A stretch of 64,000 bases of DNA from Octopus bimaculoides (GCF_001194135.2 NC_068991.1:54694361-54758360), one strand, 5' to 3'. Numbered from the stretch's first letter, positions 48,931 through 62,242 are shown. The notes: generated by a model not told the origin, from the sequence alone. Numbers and translations are program-made.

Positions 48931-51461
48931 TGACTGTTGGAGATGGTGTGTGTTGTATTATTGAAGACCATCATCGTGTGGTCTAGCTGGCTGCCTGTAT
49001 ATTAAATTAAACACACTCACGTACGTTCAACATACTTATTGATAGAAAGGATTTACTGTGTTGGCTATCTAGAAAAGAAAGATGCAGATAATATTACTGC
49101 CTGCTGGGAGGAGAAACCCGCACTGTGTCTCGTTGAAGGCTAGCTGTGATACACCGGCTGCGAGTTACTGAAGCTGTCCCTTGCTCATGGCGGTCTACTT
49201 GTTGAGTTTGATATCAAACTGTTTAGTAGGGTAACATAGGGCGAATTTTAGAACTTCCGAGAAGCTACATCACACCGCAGTTTCATGTCAGTTGATCGAT
49301 TTATAGATCAATCATGTGAAACTGTAGTGGCATACTCGTGACCTGTATCTGTTAATTTTGCGGTTAGAGTTCTACTTCTTACAAACTGGTCTCTGACTTT
49401 AGATCGGCCTATAAAGTATTCTGGCAGACCAGCCATCGACTTCGTAACAATAATACTTCTTCCACACCTGTCATTAAGGAACTCGGTTGAGGTCTTCTCT
49501 ACAGAGAAGCGCATCCTTAGAAAGTGGAGTTAATAGTTTGCTCGTCATCTAAATTCAGCTGCAATAAAATCTGCTGGTGGACACCAAGTGCATCTAGGGA
49601 TGAAGACTAAACCTCATAGAGACTGAAATTATAAAGGTGATTAAAAAGCATTTAAATATGGAAAAAATAAATAAATTTTATTGATGAAAGATGCGATGAA
49701 GCTGGGAAGTGGGTGTAAGACTTTTTTTAATGCAAATTACAGGTTTTTCAAGAAGTGGAATACAATGAAATTACAAAAAATAACGAGAAAACAATCCTTT
49801 TAATAGTAGTTGCTGTTCAGAGGGCATGATGGTGAGTGGGATATGGCAGTTGTTTTTTCAACTCCATTTCCGATCGCATGTAAACTATGAGTTTATTATG
49901 CATGCAGACCTCATTTTCATGAAGCTTTGTAAAAAAACGTAGCAACAATCTATATATATATAAAACAAAGGATGTTTGTATACGTGTGTCTGTGTGCATG
50001 TGTGTGTGTGTGTGTGTGTGTGTAGTACGTATGCATTTCTACAGTTTTCAACCGATTTTCACCAAACTTTACATACACATTACTTATGTGCCAAGGATGG
50101 TCATGCACTATAACATTTTGCCCAGACCTGCCACGTAAAGCGAGAAACCAGAAAAGAAGGTGTTTACACGGGATTTTCTCTAAAAACTTCTGCAGTTTTC
50201 AACCGATTCTCTCTCTTTTCTCTCTCTCTCTCTGTTTATTTCTCTCTTCTCTCTCTTTTTCTCATTCTCTGTTTTTCTTGCTTACACATATTCTCNNNNN
50301 NNNNNNNNNNNNNNNNNNNNNNNNNNNNNNNNNNNNNNNNNNNNNNNNNNNNNNNNNNNNNNNNNNNNNNNNNNNNNNNNNNNNNNNNNNNNNNNNNNNT
50401 TCTTTAACTCACTCACACACTAACTTCTGTCTACAAACTGATTTCCGTGTATTTCAATTAGTCGTGTGTAAAAATCTGTTGTTGTGGTTTTTGTACATTC
50501 TCCCTGAAAAATAATTTAGTTATTTTCAATTTTTGTTCACCCAGTATGTTTAAATTCAGTTTTGCCACATCTGCCTAAAAATTGACTTCAGTGTATTTCA
50601 GTTTTGTCGTGCGTAAATATATTTATCTTTACGGAGTTTGTACGTTCTCTCTACAACATAACTTCATTTATTGTAAATGTTTTTGCATTCCATCTATTTA
50701 AATACATTATTTACATTTATCCCTTTAACGAAAAACGTTGTGCGTGCGGTCGCGCATGTGTATATATGACTGCTATGGACCACATACAGCCGATAAACCT
50801 TTATTACTAGCCAATGAGACTTCACCCACGCCACTGAGTAGTCATGCGTTAGAAAAAGCTATCCTAAAGTGGCTCAAGTTTTTTTCATTCAAGCTTTTTT
50901 TCTTCTAGAGATTTATACATTCCAATGGGGTTTGTAAGTTCTGTCTACAAATTGACTTCCTTGTATTTAAATTAGTCGTGTGTAAAAATCTTTGTTGCTA
51001 TGATTTTTGTACGTTCTCCCTGAAAAATAATTTACTTATTTTTCATTTTTGTTCACCCAGTGTGTTTAAATTCAGTTTTGTCACAAGTGCCTAAAAATTG
51101 ACTTCAGTGTCTTTCAATTTTGTCATGCGTAAATATATTTGTCTTTACAGTATTTGTACGTTCTCCCGACAAAGGATGTCCGTGTATCTGTGTGTGTAGT
51201 ACGCATGCATTTCTACAGTTTTCAACCGATTTTTGCCAAACTTTACACACACATTACTTATGTGCCAAGCATGGTCATGCATTATAACATTTTCCCCCAG
51301 AGTTCCCGCTTAAAGCGAGAAACCGTGGAAAACAGTGTTTCGCACGGGTTTTTCTCTAAAAAAACTTCTGCAGTTTTCAACCGATTATCTCCGTTTTCTG
51401 TCTCTAAAGTTTTTGCACTCCGTTTAATTAAATTTACTTTTGCCACATCTGCATTTTGTAA

Positions 51462-54400
51462 TTGAAGCTTCTAAACTCTGATATAATGCTACCTAAGAAA
51501 AGACCCCGTATTGGTCACAAAACCACCACAGCAGAAGCATCGAAGAGATGGCGAGCAAATGAATCCTCGCACGAGACTGCACGAAGGCATTCACAAAATG
51601 CTGCTTGCACAACCACCGCAAGAGCCGTGGACAGTGAGGAGCTGCATAGCAGTCGCCAGATCAGAAATGCTTCATTAACAGCTTCAGTACATGCTAACCT
51701 GAGTCAGTCACAGCGCATTATTCGTCGTACAAGGGATGCTACAGCAACTGCAGTTGCGGGAGCTGCAGAGAGCGAAGAACAGCGTGCCATTCACCATACC
51801 AGTTATGCTACAGCAACTGATGCTGCGCGAGCAGCAGAGAACAAAGAACAGTGCGCCATTCACCATGCCAGGAATGCTACAGCAAATGCAGCTACACGAG
51901 GTGCAAAGGACGGAGAACAGCGCGCCATTCGCCAGAACAGAGATGCTACAGCAACTGATGCTGCGCGAACTGCAGAGACTGTAGAAGATCGAAGTAATAG
52001 GCTTGGGAATAATGCTCAGAGAAGAGGTAACGCCCGGGGTATTTCTAAGCCCTGCTATTCACAGTGGCTCTTAAAAGCATTCCACTATGACCCCAATGTC
52101 AACTATGCCATCTATTCAGATATTCAGATCGGTGATATGTCATTTACTTGCCAGGTCTGAAATGCCAAGTGATGGTCAGGAAAAAATTGCGGAATGTGTT
52201 GCTCCAATGAGAAGGTCCAATTGCCCGCCCCCTTGAAGATCCACCACAGCCGTTGAAGCTTCTGCTTACATGTACAACAGCAGAGTCGAAGCACTTCCTG
52301 GATAACAGACGAAAGTACGATTGCGATCTTCAAATGACCTCTTTTGGGGCAAATATTGTCAGAGAAGGTGGATTTATACCCACTTTTAAAGTACAGGGAC
52401 AGGTGTATCACAGGATTGGATCATTCCAGCCTCTGAAAAATGAAAAGCCTCGATTTCTTCAGCTGTACTTTGTTGGGAACTACCATCAGCAAGCAGGCAA
52501 GCGAAACTCCATTTCACCTGGTACTGACATGGAACTCATTCTGCAACTTCAGATGATGCATTTTAGAAACAGCTATGTCCAAAGCTTCAGGTATGCTTTG
52601 AAAACAGAAACTACGCCAAATTTTACCGTTGTACTAAACACTGAGCAAAGACCATCTGGGGAGCATGCAAACTGCTATAATGCACCGACATGCAATGAGA
52701 TTGCTGTTGTCTTCCATGGTGACCAATACAAGAGCAAATACATTGTTCTCAAGCGTTGAGGGAATACGCTACAAAGGATCACTGAAACACATAGATCCTA
52801 CGATGCACTTCAGTATCCCCTTCTCTTTGTACATGGTGAGAACGGTTACCATTTTGGCATTCCAAAGTGTAGCACCAACAATGCTGGAGAGAAAATTAAC
52901 AAAACAGTTTCATGTACGGACTTCTATGCGTACGCCTTTGACACGCAACAACTGCTTCAACCACTTACACCGGTCACAAGAATTCTACCACCAATTTGCA
53001 GTTGATATGAATGCAAAAATGGAGTCTGAGAAATTGAGGTTCATCAAAAAAAAATCAGAAAAAGCTGCGTTGTGACAGCTACATCCATCTTCGAGACAGT
53101 ATCAACAATGATGCAGCTCCCAGAAACATTGGACAAGTTTGCATTCTTCTATCTACTTTTACAGGAGGTCTCCGCTATATGCATGAGAGGACCCAGGGTG
53201 CAATGACATATGTGCGGCATTATGGGAAACCTGATCTATTTATCGCCTTCACATGCAATCCTAAGTGACAGTAGTGAACTCTTTGCGGGTCAAAAACCCA
53301 AAGACAAGCATGACCTCATGGCCAGAGTCTTTCGGTTAAAGTTGATTAAACTGATGGACCTCATCATAAAAGGTCAGGTACTTGGACATGGGAAATATGA
53401 CATGTACACTGTGGAATGGCAAAAAAAGATGCCTTCCTCATGCTCATATCCTGATTTGGTTGTCGACCAAGTTAAAATCCAACGACATCGATAAGATTAT
53501 CTCTATCGAGCTACCAGATCCATCCACTGATAGGGAACTGTATGCCATAGTGAAGGCAAACGTGGTGCATAGCCCATGTGGACGTGGCTTCAACTTAAAC
53601 TCACTCTGACTGAAGGAGAATGTGTGCACCAAAAAGTTTCCCCGACGTTTTCTTCAGGAAACCCAGACTGATCATGACGGGTATCCATCATACAGGCGAA
53701 GAAAAAACCTGAAGATGGAGGATTTACTGCTAAGGCTGGACAGCACGAAGTTGATAACAGATGGATAGTACCCTACTGTCCACTCCTACTCAGGACATTC
53801 AACGCCCATATCAATGTTGAATTTTGCAGCTCTGTTAAATCTATCAAATACGTGTGTAAGTATATAAACAAGGGTTCAGATGCTGCCAGGTTTGGCTTTC
53901 AGAAAGAAAATAGGTGAGATGAGGTAACTCAATACTAAGTGGATCGATACCTCAGTAGCAACGATGCCTTCAGGTCTCCTTTGCACCAAAGTCACCTAGT
54001 CATTGAAAAGCTGGTAGTGCACCTTGAAAATGGCCAAAGAAGCAAATGAAACCACTCTGACAGCGTTTTTTAAACTTTGCTAAGTCGATGCATTTGCTCG
54101 AACATTGCTTTATCCACAGGTGCTATCCTACTACACATGAGTCAAAAAGAAGTGGGCTCAAAGAATGGCCGATCAAGATGTTGATGAACATCCTGGTATA
54201 AAATTTGACAATTACCTTGGGAGAGTTTACACAGTCCATCCCAGTCAACAGGAATGCTTCTACCTCCATCTTCTACTGCACGAGGTCAGAGGACCAACGT
54301 GTTTCTATTACCTGAAAACCTTTGATGGCGAGGTATGTGGAACATACCGGAAGACCTGCTTCAAGCAAGGGTTGCTAAAAGATGGGGCACAGTAGAATGC

Positions 54401-55900
54401 AACGCTGGCAGAAGCTGCTGCATCAAAGTTCCCCAGAAGTCTCAGGACATTGTTTGCAATGATATTGCAAACATGCAAGTTATGTGATCCAAGTTCATTG
54501 TGGTTCAAGTACATGGATGAGCTCTTTGAAGACTGGAAACGTCAGGCACAAATGCAGTTGATCGATATCGAAGATAAGATTGTTTCAATGGGTGTAAATG
54601 CTCTTCCCACATATGGCTTGCCCCAAACATTACGGGGAACATCGAATTCTCTTCCCACGTACATTCTTCAAAAAATGTCCTATGACATTGAGGCTCTCAC
54701 GAGATATGTCATCCAAACTGAGCCTAAATTGCTTCCTGACCAGCAACGCTCTTACTGCATTATCGTTGATTGTGTGCTCTACCGGAGAGGATGCATATTT
54801 TTCCTGGATGCTCCAAGGGGGGACAAAAAATATATGTAACAAAGCTTCTCCGAGCCAAAGTTAGACAGCACAAGGGCATCGCATTAGATGTGACATCCTC
54901 TGGGGTTGCGGAGACTTTACTGCCTGGTGGCAGAACAACACAGTCTACATTTAAGCTTCTTCTCAATATGACAAGATCTGACATTCCTACTTGCCACATC
55001 AGTAAGAGCTCAGACAACGCAAAAGTGCTTAGAAGGTGTCAGCTCATTGTGTTGGATGAATGCACCATGGCACACAAAGGAGCTCTTGAAGCTTTAGAAA
55101 TCAGGGACTGTCAGGATCCCTTGGTGGGGGGTGTTACTCTTTTATTGTCTGGGGATTTCAGGCAGACTCTTCCAGTAATTCCCAAAGGAACCAGGGCGGA
55201 TGAAGTCCGGGCGTATCTTAAGTCCTCTCCATTATGGCACCAGGTCACAATATTGCGTCTTAACACTAACGTGAGAGCTCAACTGTACGGTGACCAACTG
55301 TCGGCAAAATTTGCTGAAGATATTTTGACCCCTGGCGAAGGCAAGATGCCTCTGGAGACACGTGAAGAAATTCCACTCAGGCCAGTTTGCACCATCGGTA
55401 GTACCGTTGATGATCTCAAATCCGTTGTGTTTCCCAATTTGAGGGAAAATTACAAGAATCTCAGTTGGCTATGCGAAAAGGCAGTAATTGCTCCAAAAAA
55501 TCACTAATGATATCAATAATATCAGTGTCAATTCAATGAGCAGCTGCTGCAGTGCCTCCCTGGAATTCCTCAGATCTTCAGGTCAATTGATACAACACCA
55601 AATCCCGAGGAGGTAGTTCATTATCCCACATAATTTCTCAATTCATTTGGAACCTTCGGGTTTCCCTCCCCACAGATTGGGACTGAAAGTGAGCATCCAA
55701 TAATGCTGCGGAGGAATTTGGATCCTCTGAGACTGTACAACGAGGCATGACTGGTGATGATGAAGATGATTCCACGTGTTATTGAGGCGGCCATTCTGTT
55801 CGTGTGAATTTTGTGATGTCGAGCAACAAATCGCAGGGGCTAACACTCTCTGTGGCAGGACTTCACCTCGAGGACTCGTTAGCAGCGCTGCCGAAGTTGG
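51462..55900 (+). pseudogene. Helitron Rep/helicase (RepHel), many stops and frameshifts
   Basis: Cys cluster IGDMSFTCQV...CCSNEKVQL; FKVQGQVYHRIGS; YPLLFVHGENG; Rep motif 1 PDLFIAFTCNP (~53230-53260); HUH EWQK(fs)CLPHAHILIWL (~53410-53460); KYVCKYINKGSD (~53845-53880); PIF1-like helicase LDAP(fs), LLPGGRT, LIVLDECTM, LLSGDFRQTLPVI. Confidence 0.92.
51560..52010 (+). repeat. 69-bp (23-aa) coding tandem repeat in the Helitron N-terminal ORF
   Basis: xATGCT anchors at 51735, 51804, 51873 and 51942 (exact 69-bp spacing), with more degenerate units upstream. Confidence 0.9.
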
Positions 55901-57519
55901 TAAGTTTGTATAGTTCTGTATGTTTTTACTGAAAAATTGACTGTATTGTACGTTTTAGAAATTTTAGATTTCAATATTCTTTCTTTTTTATATGTATTTT
56001 CATCAATTTCAAGTCATTATACACCCATATATTTCAAATTTTCTAAGAAAAACTGTATTTTCCTCTATTTTGCGGTTGTGACATATTTTTAAAATATTTT
56101 GTACATTTTTTGTGAATTTTGGTACGTTTTGGCATGGAATTCTGTACGTTTTTCAAAAAAAACTTCGCAACGCTGGTCGTTAGCCTAGAAAATAAGTGTT
56201 CTTAGAGTGACAAAGCGTTCACACCCCGAGCAATGCTGGGTACCTCTGCTAGTTGTATATAAACTGACACCAGGTTATTGACATAACTAATGCTACAAGG
56301 AAACGTTTGAAAATCATGGATTTAAGTTTGTTTTAACAACTTCTCGTATCTCCATTGTTTTGAAATGTGTTATTAAAAAAAAAAAACAGAAATATCTGAC
56401 TAATGTAGAACAACTATTTCGAAAAGTAAGGCATTGTTTTTTTTGTTTTTTTTTTTATTTTACATCTAACGTATCATTTGACAAATAATTCAACGCTGAA
56501 ATTCCAACGAGAAAGTTTTAGTTTTGCACGTTCGGTGTTTTATTGTTTTACAAAACGAAGTAACATCTCCCGCAGACGGAAATGTTATTCAAAGATCAAT
56601 TCTAAAAGCAAAAGGTATTTCACTGTTTCCAATCAGTTTCTTTTTTCAAAGAGGTTTTGGTAAATGAAATTCCTCCTGTGGCACCAAACTAGTTGTTATC
56701 GAATGAACTTCCGCGTTACTTTATTATGAATCTCTATAGGATTTCCATTTGAGCTATCTCCCATTTTTTAAATGCTTCCTAGCCTCTGTGTTGTATACAC
56801 ATTACAAGGTAAAAGTTATTGTAGTAACATACTAAATTGCTTGGTCTCGAAGATTTCACGTTTGAAATGGAAATAACATCGACTATGTTTCATACTTTAA
56901 TAATTTTGATGAAAACTTTTATGAATTGCTTCGAAACATGAGGAAGTATATCCGAAATGATCTGTTGCAAAAGAAACGAACCATTGCATTAATATCATAT
57001 GAGTTGAAATTAAAAATAATTCAATTAAATGAAGCTAACAGCAGTCTTATCCATCAACATTTGAAGATAATAACGATCCTCTTGATGTTTTAGAATTTTT
57101 TATTTTGCAAACTAACAATCTTTGGACACAGCTTGCTATCATCATCTCCTCACTGCTTCTGTACCTGCATACTAATATTACTTTATGGGTATCAAATCTA
57201 ACGTTTTTAAGGGAGAGATATGCTTAAGAGTTTTATAGACATGAAATAGCAACAACTGGGATTCAAACACAGCTCACCGAGCTCTCGTGTCTGCTCTATT
57301 TTACAGTGTTGGCCCATATCACTCCTCGAAGTAATCACTAACTCTTCCATAGATTACAGATGGAGTTGATTCCAGAACTGAAAACTTAGAAAATGTTCGT
57401 TAAATATTTTATAAATATCTGGCGATAGACGTGGGTTTTCAACGAAGCAGAAAGTCACAGTATTAATGAGTAGGATATCGAGAGATTATTCTTTGCCCAG
57501 AACCATGAACGGAATAAAT

Positions 57520-57720
57520 AGTTGAAGTGTGGACTAATTATCCCATCATTCTAACAACTCCACAATCCACAACTGTAAATCTCCGAACATATAATCTCTA
57601 TGAGCCAAGAAACCCTTTATTCTTCCAGACATGATCCAATCATCCTTCAAACTCTCTCAAGGATTTTGAGTTTACCATACTTTCCTGAAGACTAATCAAA
57701 GTATTCACCACTCTCTTGAA
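57520..57720 (-). mobile_element. Old CR1-clade LINE 3' fragment
   Basis: FKRVVNTLISLQESMVNSKSLREFEG*LDHVW resembles the CR1 RT C-terminus (RVVN.WN.LP..VV...S...FK..LD..W). Confidence 0.55.
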
Positions 57721-59204
57721 AAACAAATATTTCTATATGTCCAGTAGCATGAATATTTAGAAATAACAGCAAAATCTACTTCGAATAACACTCTATTGTT
57801 TTAAACACTGTAGAACACACTGTATAATGTAGTCCTGGATATTAAAATCTGGGAAAATATCAGGATGATCACAGCCAGAATAGTGGATATATTCGATCAG
57901 GGCTGAACAATAATATTTCCAGTTAATCTTGAATACGATGGTTTACCAACACTATCTTTGTCGTGTATCTTTAGAACTCATCAAGGATGTCGGAAAATAA
58001 AACTAGCCTTAATTACTAACCTAATTAAGATACTCTCTAAATATAATTCATCGGAGCCACTATGTCACAAGAGTATAGTCAATTGATCTAATCGATTATT
58101 TGTTGGTCAAAAATTGATCAAATTCCAGGAACCAATGTGCAATACTCTAATGCATCTTTCACTAACCCTAATGGTATTAATTCTTGATCATCCCGTTCCT
58201 GTGTCATCTATATCCGAGATAAGCTAATCTGTGTTACGGATATAAGAAACAGAACAAAATAAAATAAAAAATAGAATAAATCACGATAGAATTAGCACCT
58301 GTAGACTATAACATTGTCATATACTCTTTAATCTCTATAATCTGGCCTGACATTGATTAGATAATATTGTTAATTCAGTCCATGCAAATTCATGAAAATA
58401 CGCGAACACTTTTTGACGTTTTATTAATTTCCATTTCATCTTGAACGTGCAGCTGGCTTACCTACCCTGCTTCTGATGCAAATTCTTCAGAACTCAAAAA
58501 AGGTGTCGGAAAATCAAGAAAATTCGATTAGTAAGTTTTGCGGAAATATTCAAATTGTTTATCGTTTAGATTCAGTCAGTGGAGGTTACCGTCAATTTTA
58601 TTCTTAACTAATCATAAAGGTCAAGCTTATAAATAACAATGATCTCTTCCACAAGACAAGAATCTTAGTGTCGGCTTTTTTGTTACGGTGTTTCTGTTAA
58701 ACGGCATCTTCAGAGATTGATGAAGTGTGTATAGAGAACTCAATCGAAATAACTGGCTAATGTTCAAGTTTACCCAAATATATTCGTTTTTACAATTATC
58801 TTTTCGAGATAAGAAACTAAATTTGAAGCCTGTCTCTAAATCTACTCGAAGGAATTATCCACGTATCATCATGAGGAGCTGACCTATGTGGAATGGATAA
58901 AAATTCAATCAAACACCGTTGTGGGACCGTTAGATATTTCCGTAACTAAAGTTGATATGGTGATATAGACTTTCAACTGAAAGTAAGAAATATATAATCT
59001 GCCTAATAGAAACGAAAGTGAGTAACACCTTCGTTATACGATTATCAATTTTTTCTAATGTTTTTGGCTGATAAAAACTGGTAAGTTACCAAAACTAAAA
59101 CAAATGTTGGATATATTCGAAAATGAGTGTCGTAGGCGCATTTTTAAAGAACTGTTTGATGAACTCGCATTATAAACCATTATTAAAAGATATCAATAAA
59201 TTGG

Positions 59205-59508
59205 GTAAAAGTTCCTTAGGTCATGAATCGCCATAGAATTACACTTAGGAGGTTACCCTCCGAGGCACAAGTCCGGACAATACCAGTCTCCCCTCTCCAC
59301 GTCACTGATGCTATCGAAGAAAAAGGCAAAGGCCGATATAGCTTGGCACCAGTGACGTCGCAACTTATTTCTACAGCTGAGTGAACTGGAGCAACGTGAA
59401 GTAAAGTGTCTTGCTTGAGAACACAACACACTGCCCTGTCCGGAAATCAAATTCACTACCTCATGATTGTGAGCCCGACGCTCTAACCACTGAGCCATGA
59501 GCCTTCAT
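59205..59508 (-). mobile_element. SINE family C, younger copy
   Basis: Reverse of the 19584-19900 consensus, CpG retained. Confidence 0.8.
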
Positions 59509-59754
59509 GTTAAAAGAGATCAATAAATAGATCATAGTTAAGGGGGCAGTAGTAAAGAAAAGTAAAACAAGTTTTCATATGGGGAACATCAGATAAAGGG
59601 TCAGTGGACGATTGAAGGGATCTCTGAAGAAAAATACGTTTGGAGCAAATAGAATATATGGGAATATCTGTTGACGAATCAATTTAAAAGAACTGGTTCA
59701 ATGAAGACGGAGAACTATGGCTGAGGGGAATGATTTGGACCATGGTCCCACTAA

Positions 59755-60100
59755 TTCCTTTCGGCGTCGATAAAATAAGAACTACCTGTGTATTGGGGGG
59801 TCAATGTAATCGATTATCCCCCTCCCCCAAATTTCAGGCCTTGTACCTGTAGTAGAAAGGATTATTATTATTATTATTAAGGTGATTAGTTGGCAGAATC
59901 ATTACCGCGCTGGGTAAAATACTTAGTGACGTTTCTTTCGTCCGTCTTTATGTTCTGCGTTCAAATTCCGCTGGCGTCGACTTCAACTTTCGGCCTTTTT
60001 GGGATCAATAAAATAAGTACCAGTTGAATACTGGGTCGATTTAATCGACTTAACCCTTGCTCCCAAACCTGCTGGCCTTCTGCCAAAATTTGAAACCATT
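59755..60100 (+). mobile_element. Two tandem SINE family A copies
   Basis: Partial copy about 59755-59875, full copy about 59878-60100. Confidence 0.75.
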
Positions 60101-60118
60101 ATCATCATTATTATTATA

Positions 60119-60621
60119 GACGTCACGCAGTATACAATATCGTGAACTTGTTGATTGAAGATATTGTGTCTACCGGTGGTTTGTACTGTTTGTCAAGTCA
60201 CAACAAGGACCTCAGACAGACAGTACTTTACCAATATGCGTGCAGTTCCAAGTAATGCCGACTTTTGCAATACATCTTGATTGTAGGGTATTCTAAGGTT
60301 TTCAGATTGGGTGGTACTGAACTCAATACTCCGATAAAAATAGGGATAACCCTTATGTTCGACTCTTATAGCTGACACATCTTAGCGATCTCAGTTCTCA
60401 GATATCCATATTTATCAACTTTTTCTCTTTCTTTCATGATGATGTGTTGATCTCCTGGCACTGCTACGTCGATTATTAGGCACTCTTGTTTGTCCCTCCT
60501 AAAGGTTACTATATCAGGCCTTCAGTGCTCTAACACTTTGTCTGTCTGGAAATCAAAGTTCCAGAGGATTTTTGCCTTCCCCTTTTTGTCCATTACCTTT
60601 TCTGGTGTATGTTGGTACCAA
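60119..60621 (-). mobile_element. R4/Dong-clade LINE 3' fragment (RLE domain)
   Basis: WYQHTPEKVM...KILWNFDFQTDKVLEH*RPDIV...LIIDVAVPGD...EKVDKY...LQKSALLGTARIL; (TAA)n at both ends. Confidence 0.85.
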
Positions 60622-60792
60622 TATTATTATTATTATTATTATTATTATAGACTTGAGAATACAACAAAATTAAAATCTGGCAACTCTCGCACAGAGTGAC
60701 AATTATGGCTTACTCTACCGTGAATCTTTTGATAGTTAATGCGTGACACTCTCTGTATTAGTATTTCATCTTCTCTTCTTTCACCTCTCACT

Positions 60793-60827
<35 letters not shown>

Positions 60828-61002
60828 GGTTATTTTTCCGTTTTGAGCGATCGGGTTATTTTTTAGTATTCTCGTTTGTGAGAGCAGTCGATTTTATTTC
60901 AGATATTCTCATCTTAAGAATCATCTCCGGTTAATCGTTAATCGTTGGTGTTGCGTTGGCGGAGGTTTGCGCTCTCTGAGTGCTCTTGTTAGTCTTTGTT
61001 TA

Positions 61003-61160
61003 AAAGCGGCGAGCTGGCACGCTGGGCGAACTGCTTAGCAGTATTTCGCCCGTCGCTACGCTCTGAGTTCAAATTCCGCCAAGGTCGACTTCGCCTTTCA
61101 TCCTTTCGGGTTCGATAAATTAAGTACCGGTTACGTACTGGGGTCGATTTAATCGACTAG
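61003..61160 (+). mobile_element. Young SINE family A, interrupted; its tail resumes at 61461
   Basis: CpG-rich consensus; tail aggccttgcgcctttagtagaaagg displaced by a 300-bp insert. Confidence 0.85.
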
Positions 61161-61965
61161 CCTTGACACCAAGGCCACATTCCTAGTCCCCTCCTCCACT
61201 CACCACCACAGACGTAGACCACTTCCAGCAGCAAATTCAAAACAACTGTATTTCATAAATAAAACCTCACCTAAACGACCCACTAATTTGCTGTATTTAC
61301 ATTCATCGGCCCCTTTTGGTTACCCCATTACTGCCCCACTTTTCTTCAACGTCCCCACGCTGAATCTTTCCAATGCCCTCAGGGAGGAAGTACCGCTCAT
61401 CGGCAATAGTGATCGATAGAATAAGTACCAAGCTTAAACAGAAAGTACTGGGATCCATTCAGGCCTTGCGCCTTTAGTAGAAAGGACTATTATTCTTAGT
61501 TTAGTGTCTTTGGTTTGAAAACCCCCTCATCTTGTGACCTCTTCAACGACTCTCCATCCCATGTGTCTCCTGTTCTGTTTAGTTCATCCTGTCTTTCTGT
61601 AAACGGTTATTTCTTTTATTCTTTTTACATGTTTCAGTCATTGGGCTGAAGAATTTTAGTCCAACGAATGGATCCCAGTACTTTCTGTTTAAGCTTGGTA
61701 CTTATTCTATCGATCACTTTTGCCGATGAGCGGTACTTCCTCCCTGAGGGCATTGGAAAGATTCAGCGTGGGGACGTTGAAGAAAAGTGGGGCAGTAATG
61801 GGGTAACCAAAAGGGGCCGATGAATGTAAATACAGCAAATTAGTGGGTCGTTTAGGTCAGGTTTTATTTATGAAATACAGTTGTTTTGAATTTGCTGCTG
61901 GAAGTGGTCTACGTCTGTGGTGGTGAGTGGAGGAGGGGACTAGGAATGTGGCCTTGGTGTCAAGG
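61161..61965. repeat. Inverted duplication: 300-bp arms 61161-61460 and 61666-61965, 205-bp spacer
   Basis: Base-by-base comparison shows 2 mismatches in 300. Confidence 0.95.
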
Positions 61966-62242
61966 GAGCGGTAGCACGAAACTGTTTGGAAACCACGGAT
62001 GTAAATGAATAGACAGAATTCAATTTCTCAGTATTAATGTTTATAGCAAGGGATTGCAGTACCTCAACGACATCACATCATGAACGACGTTCGTGATGAT
62101 GATAATCATCATCATTACTCTTCATATAAAAATTTGTAGCAAGTAGCGCCATCAAGCGGTACTAGGTTCTCAACCACATCATTCCGAAATCCGTTTCGAA
62201 TTCCAGTTAAAAGTGCTTTGTTGTGCGAATACTCTATTCGGA

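Larger units (their letters stand above)
49949..56252 (+). mobile_element. Helitron, end-to-end but decayed
   Basis: 5' A|TCTATATATATATAAAA; 3' hairpin cccgagcaatgctggg then CTAG|T at 56249-56253; RepHel motifs inside. Confidence 0.92.

Noticed and set aside
49308-49514. 68-aa minus-strand ORF beside an imperfect hairpin
   Set aside because: Short, no recognisable motif and no convincing splice pair.
58440-58560. Minus-strand donor tag|gtaagc with an upstream branch-like ttactaat
   Set aside because: No coherent open exon linking it to the 62959-63417 ORF.
60815-60990. Repeat beginning aacaagagcactcagagagcgcaaacctcc on the minus strand (Helentron/HINE-like guess)
   Set aside because: Single fragment in the window; the classification cannot be supported.
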